In this document: positions 42,547 to 44,730 of the stretch, piece after piece
Numbering within the stretch: position 1 is the first letter of the stretch
Layout: each line of letters opens with the position of its first letter
DNA from: a virus
Reading direction: 5' to 3' (one strand)
DNA length: 44,730 nucleotides
Virus record (IMG/VR): IMGVR_UViG_3300021518_000002
Translations under genes and position numbers: made by a program
Notes under the pieces: model-generated
The model's input: only the letters and a program-made list of their open reading frames with translations
Told to the model about the DNA's origin: nothing
Databases searched by the model: none

Positions 42547-42554
42547 CATGCGAC
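42538..42554. promoter_or_regulatory. Perfect operator palindrome GTCGCAT-AAC-ATGCGAC overlapping the cro-like stop codon
   Basis: The 7-bp arms are exact reverse complements, with the same half-site as at 42291-42307. Confidence 0.55.
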
Positions 42555-42569
42555 AATGAGGAGGTTAAC

Positions 42570-42758
42570 ATGTTACCAGTTGATTTAGACATTCTCAAAA
42601 AAAGAGAAGAAATTCCAATGAAATTGGCTGAATTATCTTATTCAGATGCTAATTCAGCCATTGAATTACTTAGAAAATGGGGAGAAAAAGCCTCACCCAT
42701 CACAGTTTTACACAAAGAGATATGTAAATGTCTTAAAGAATCAGGAGTGAATCAATAA
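42570..42758 (+). CDS. Hypothetical small early protein
   Basis: RBS GAGGAGG. 62 aa. Confidence 0.55.
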   Translation: MLPVDLDILKKREEIPMKLAELSYSDANSAIELLRKWGEKASPITVLHKEICKCLKESGVNQ

Positions 42759-42774
42759 AGGGAGAGATTAAAAA

Positions 42775-42999
42775 ATGAATGAAGTCAAAATAAAAGGATA
42801 TTCGAAGCTAACAGATCAGCAAAAAGAATTGTTTCTTAGTGTCCATAAAGCACATATGCGTGCAATGGGTACGGAAAATCAGAAAAAGTATGCACTTGAA
42901 AATGTCGTTAAGGTTGCATGGGATAAAAAAGACCAAACCGTAAATGTCTATTATGAAGATAATTGGTGGCATTACGACAAGAGAGGATGTTGGTACTAA
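42775..42999 (+). CDS. Hypothetical small early protein
   Basis: RBS AGGGAGAG. 74 aa. Confidence 0.55.
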   Translation: MNEVKIKGYSKLTDQQKELFLSVHKAHMRAMGTENQKKYALENVVKVAWDKKDQTVNVYYEDNWWHYDKRGCWY

Positions 43000-43310
43000 T
43001 GTCTGTAACTATTCCAAGTCATATCGTAAATGATCGTTACTGGAAACCAGTGCTGCATCTTTTCCAAAATCAATACAAACTGAAAAGCGTATTTACTACC
43101 AAGTATTTTGATTTGGAAGAAGGAACAATCAATATTACTGGATTGAAAAGAAATGCTGCACCTTGGTCACAATCTGAAAAATTCATGCTGAATTTGGCAC
43201 TGCACCTTTTTAACGAAAGAAACAAATTCAATTTAAGTGACATGGATTACCTGGATGATTATAACAAAAAACTAGCAATGGAAGCTATCACTTACAGGTT
43301 TTTCAGGTAA
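42999..43310 (+). CDS. Hypothetical early protein
   Basis: The ATG at 42999 overlaps the upstream TAA (TAATG) and is preferred over the track start at 42963. Confidence 0.5.
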   Translation: MSVTIPSHIVNDRYWKPVLHLFQNQYKLKSVFTTKYFDLEEGTINITGLKRNAAPWSQSEKFMLNLALHLFNERNKFNLSDMDYLDDYNKKLAMEAITYRFFR

Positions 43311-43477
43311 TGAAATTAGATTTCGTAAATGTCGATAACTCTAAACTTGGTGATCATGCTAAAAAATTAGTCATTCAGCATATAGAAAATCCAAAAATGT
43401 TTTGTGCAGAAATTGTTCTAGCTTCTTTGGTAAATGAATGTTTTAAGCAGGAGATTCAAAAAATTAGAGGTTCATAA
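43310..43477 (+). CDS. Hypothetical small protein (55 aa)
   Basis: Not in the ORF track. It has TAATG coupling to the upstream gene and ends in a terminator hairpin. Confidence 0.4.
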   Translation: MKLDFVNVDNSKLGDHAKKLVIQHIENPKMFCAEIVLASLVNECFKQEIQKIRGS

Positions 43478-43490
43478 CCTCAATTTTTTT
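43465..43490 (+). terminator. Short hairpin plus T-run
   Basis: GAGGTT (43467-43472) pairs with AACCTC (43476-43481), followed by AATTTTTTT. Confidence 0.5.
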
Positions 43491-43491
43491 G

Positions 43492-43620
43492 GCGAAAGTT
43501 GCAAAAATTGTTGTCGAAATTACGGAAAACTTGCAAGACCTTTTATTTTTTGACAAATCTGCGAAAAATGTTGTCGTAATAAAGAACAATTTGTTCCTTA
43601 TAAATTTATTGTCGAAAGGA
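43492..43620 (+). repeat. Direct repeats GCGAAA..(A/T)TGTTGTCG(A/T)AAT in an early intergenic region
   Basis: GCGAAAGTTGCAAAAATTGTTGTCGAAAT (43492-43520), GCGAAAAATGTTGTCGTAAT (43561-43580) and ATTGTCGAAAG (43608-43618). Confidence 0.5.
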
Positions 43621-43630
43621 GATTAGAAGA

Positions 43631-43768
43631 ATGCCAGTTTCAAAGGAACTCTTAAACTATGTTTCAGATGGAGATTTGCACACAGTTCTTGATAATGTTC
43701 AGTATTCTACCAATTTAAGAGAAATCGTTACTATCGGTTACATGATGGAACATTATGAAGGGGAATAA
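43631..43768 (+). CDS. Hypothetical small protein (45 aa)
   Basis: Not in the ORF track. AAAGGAG lies about 9 nt upstream of the ATG. Confidence 0.4.
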   Translation: MPVSKELLNYVSDGDLHTVLDNVQYSTNLREIVTIGYMMEHYEGE

Positions 43769-43797
43769 GAAGTCAAATTTGAAAGGTGGTGAAATAA

Positions 43798-44196
43798 ATG
43801 AATTTTTCTGAACGATTAAAAAAGGTCATGGATGAAAAGAACATGACACAAGCTGAACTTTCTTCTTTAACTGGAATTGGTAAATCATCAATCAGTCAAT
43901 ACCTTTCAGGTAAAAATGAACCAAATCAAAAGAGAACTGAACAAATTGCAGATGCACTTCAATGTTCTGCTGCTTATCTAAACGGATTAACAACATGCAG
44001 TGATCCAACAGATGAACCAAATGGATTGAAGAATGTTTCAGTTGATGAAGCGGCAAAAAGACTTGGTAAGTCCAGGGATTTTATTAGGGTAGGGTTGCAG
44101 AAGGGAATTCTTCCTTTCGGTGTAGCGGTTCAACTTTCATCAAAGTATTCCTATCATATTTCACCAAAATTACTAGATGAATACATTGGTAAGTAA
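43798..44196 (+). CDS. XRE-family HTH protein with a second C-terminal DNA-binding-like domain
   Basis: MTQAELSSLTGIGKSSISQYLSGKNEP is an HTH_3-type motif. The C-terminus VSVDEAAKRLGKSRDFIRVGLQKG resembles an excisionase/MerR-type HTH. Confidence 0.7.
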   Translation: MNFSERLKKVMDEKNMTQAELSSLTGIGKSSISQYLSGKNEPNQKRTEQIADALQCSAAYLNGLTTCSDPTDEPNGLKNVSVDEAAKRLGKSRDFIRVGLQKGILPFGVAVQLSSKYSYHISPKLLDEYIGK

Positions 44197-44287
44197 AGAA
44201 AAAGCACCAAAGGAACTGCCATTCCAAATGGTGCATTCAATAAAAATATACTTAGTTTCATGATAAATGAAAGGTAGGGGTAAATCA

Positions 44288-44730
44288 ATGGAAGTTGTTA
44301 AAGGATTTAAGGTTTTTAACCCTGATTGGACATGCAGAGGGTTTCAATATGAAGTAGGTAAAACATTTGAAGAAAATATCAGTCCTAGCGTTTGTGATAG
44401 AGGTTTCCATTTCTGTAAATTACCAAATGATTGCTTCAATTATTATTCATTTGACCCTAATAACAAGGTTGCAGAAGTTGTTGCCCTTGGTGAAGTTTCA
44501 GAAGAAGGGGATAAATGCAGCACCAATAAAATTCAAATTGTTAGGGAAGTTCCTTGGTCTGAATTACTAGATTTAGTCAATATAGGAAAAGGAAATTCCG
44601 GTCATTCCAACAGTGGTAATCGCAACAGTGGTGATTGGAACAGTGGTCATTCCAACAGTGGTGATTGGAACAGTGGTGATTGGAACAGTGGTCATTCCAA
44701 CAGTGGTGATTGGAACAGTGGTGATTCCAA
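44288..44730 (+). CDS. 5' part of the wrap-around gene: conserved N-terminal domain plus start of the N-S-G-x-x repeat array (continues at 1..520)
   Basis: ATG at 44288 behind AAAGGTAGGGG. Translation MEVVKGFKVFNPDWTCRGFQYEVGKTFEE...CDRGFHFC..., then NSGHSNSGNRNSGDW... No stop occurs before the window end, which explains its absence from the ORF track. Confidence 0.8.
   Translation, partial: MEVVKGFKVFNPDWTCRGFQYEVGKTFEENISPSVCDRGFHFCKLPNDCFNYYSFDPNNKVAEVVALGEVSEEGDKCSTNKIQIVREVPWSELLDLVNIGKGNSGHSNSGNRNSGDWNSGHSNSGDWNSGDWNSGHSNSGDWNSGDS
44594..44730 (+). repeat. Tandem 15-nt coding repeats (first half of the array)
   Basis: Nine 15-nt units run from 44594. The last 30 nt of the window are identical to its first 30 nt. 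Confidence 0.9.

Noticed and set aside
44594-44730. Regular short repeats at both window ends considered as a CRISPR array
   Set aside because: The units are 15 nt with no spacers. They are in frame, encode a pentapeptide-like repeat, and lie inside one ORF, so this is not CRISPR.
1-44730. Transposase or IS elements, toxin genes, or a second DGR target elsewhere in the genome
   Set aside because: No DDE or transposase-like ORF was seen. No second region resembled the TR; the NSG-repeat gene shares only about 9 nt with it.

Overview
The window reads as one complete, circularly closed (or circularly permuted) ~44.7 kb genome of a temperate contractile-tailed phage from a low-GC Gram-positive host. 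It is AT-rich, has AGGAGG/GGTGA-type ribosome-binding sites and uses many TTG/GTG starts. The first and last 30 nt are identical, and one gene runs in frame across the window edge. Gene order: immunity switch and early genes (42.2-44.7 kb, wrapping to 0.5 kb), then a replication/recombination module (0.5-9.4 kb: SNF2 helicase, VRR-NUC, Cas4-like nuclease fused to a Sak4-like ATPase, DUF669-like protein, compact family-B DNA polymerase, primase-helicase). Next is a DNA-modification/nucleotide-metabolism block (9.4-12.8 kb: split C5-methyltransferase, DUF1599-like, MazG, HD). A sigma-like late regulator (13.4 kb) precedes the late operon (14.1-38.0 kb): terminase, portal, capsid, PBSX/Xkd-like sheath-tube-baseplate, tail fibre and lysis cassette. 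The lysogeny region (38.1-42.2 kb) holds small accessory (moron) genes, a large serine integrase and an S24-type repressor. The strongest finding is a diversity-generating retroelement (DGR) in the late operon. The tail-fibre C-terminus is a variable repeat (VR) whose downstream template repeat (TR) differs only at template adenines, and a DGR-type reverse transcriptase follows. No recognisable Avd accessory gene is present. Other points worth a second look: two paralogous, inverted ~300-bp non-coding modules full of TGTTCAAG boxes; a two-ORF C5-methyltransferase carrying a (CA)9 tract; an early pentapeptide-repeat protein; a clean A_AAA_AAC tail-chaperone frameshift site; and a palindrome next to the integrase gene (int) that may be attP. 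All functional calls rest on motifs read by eye; no database search was possible.
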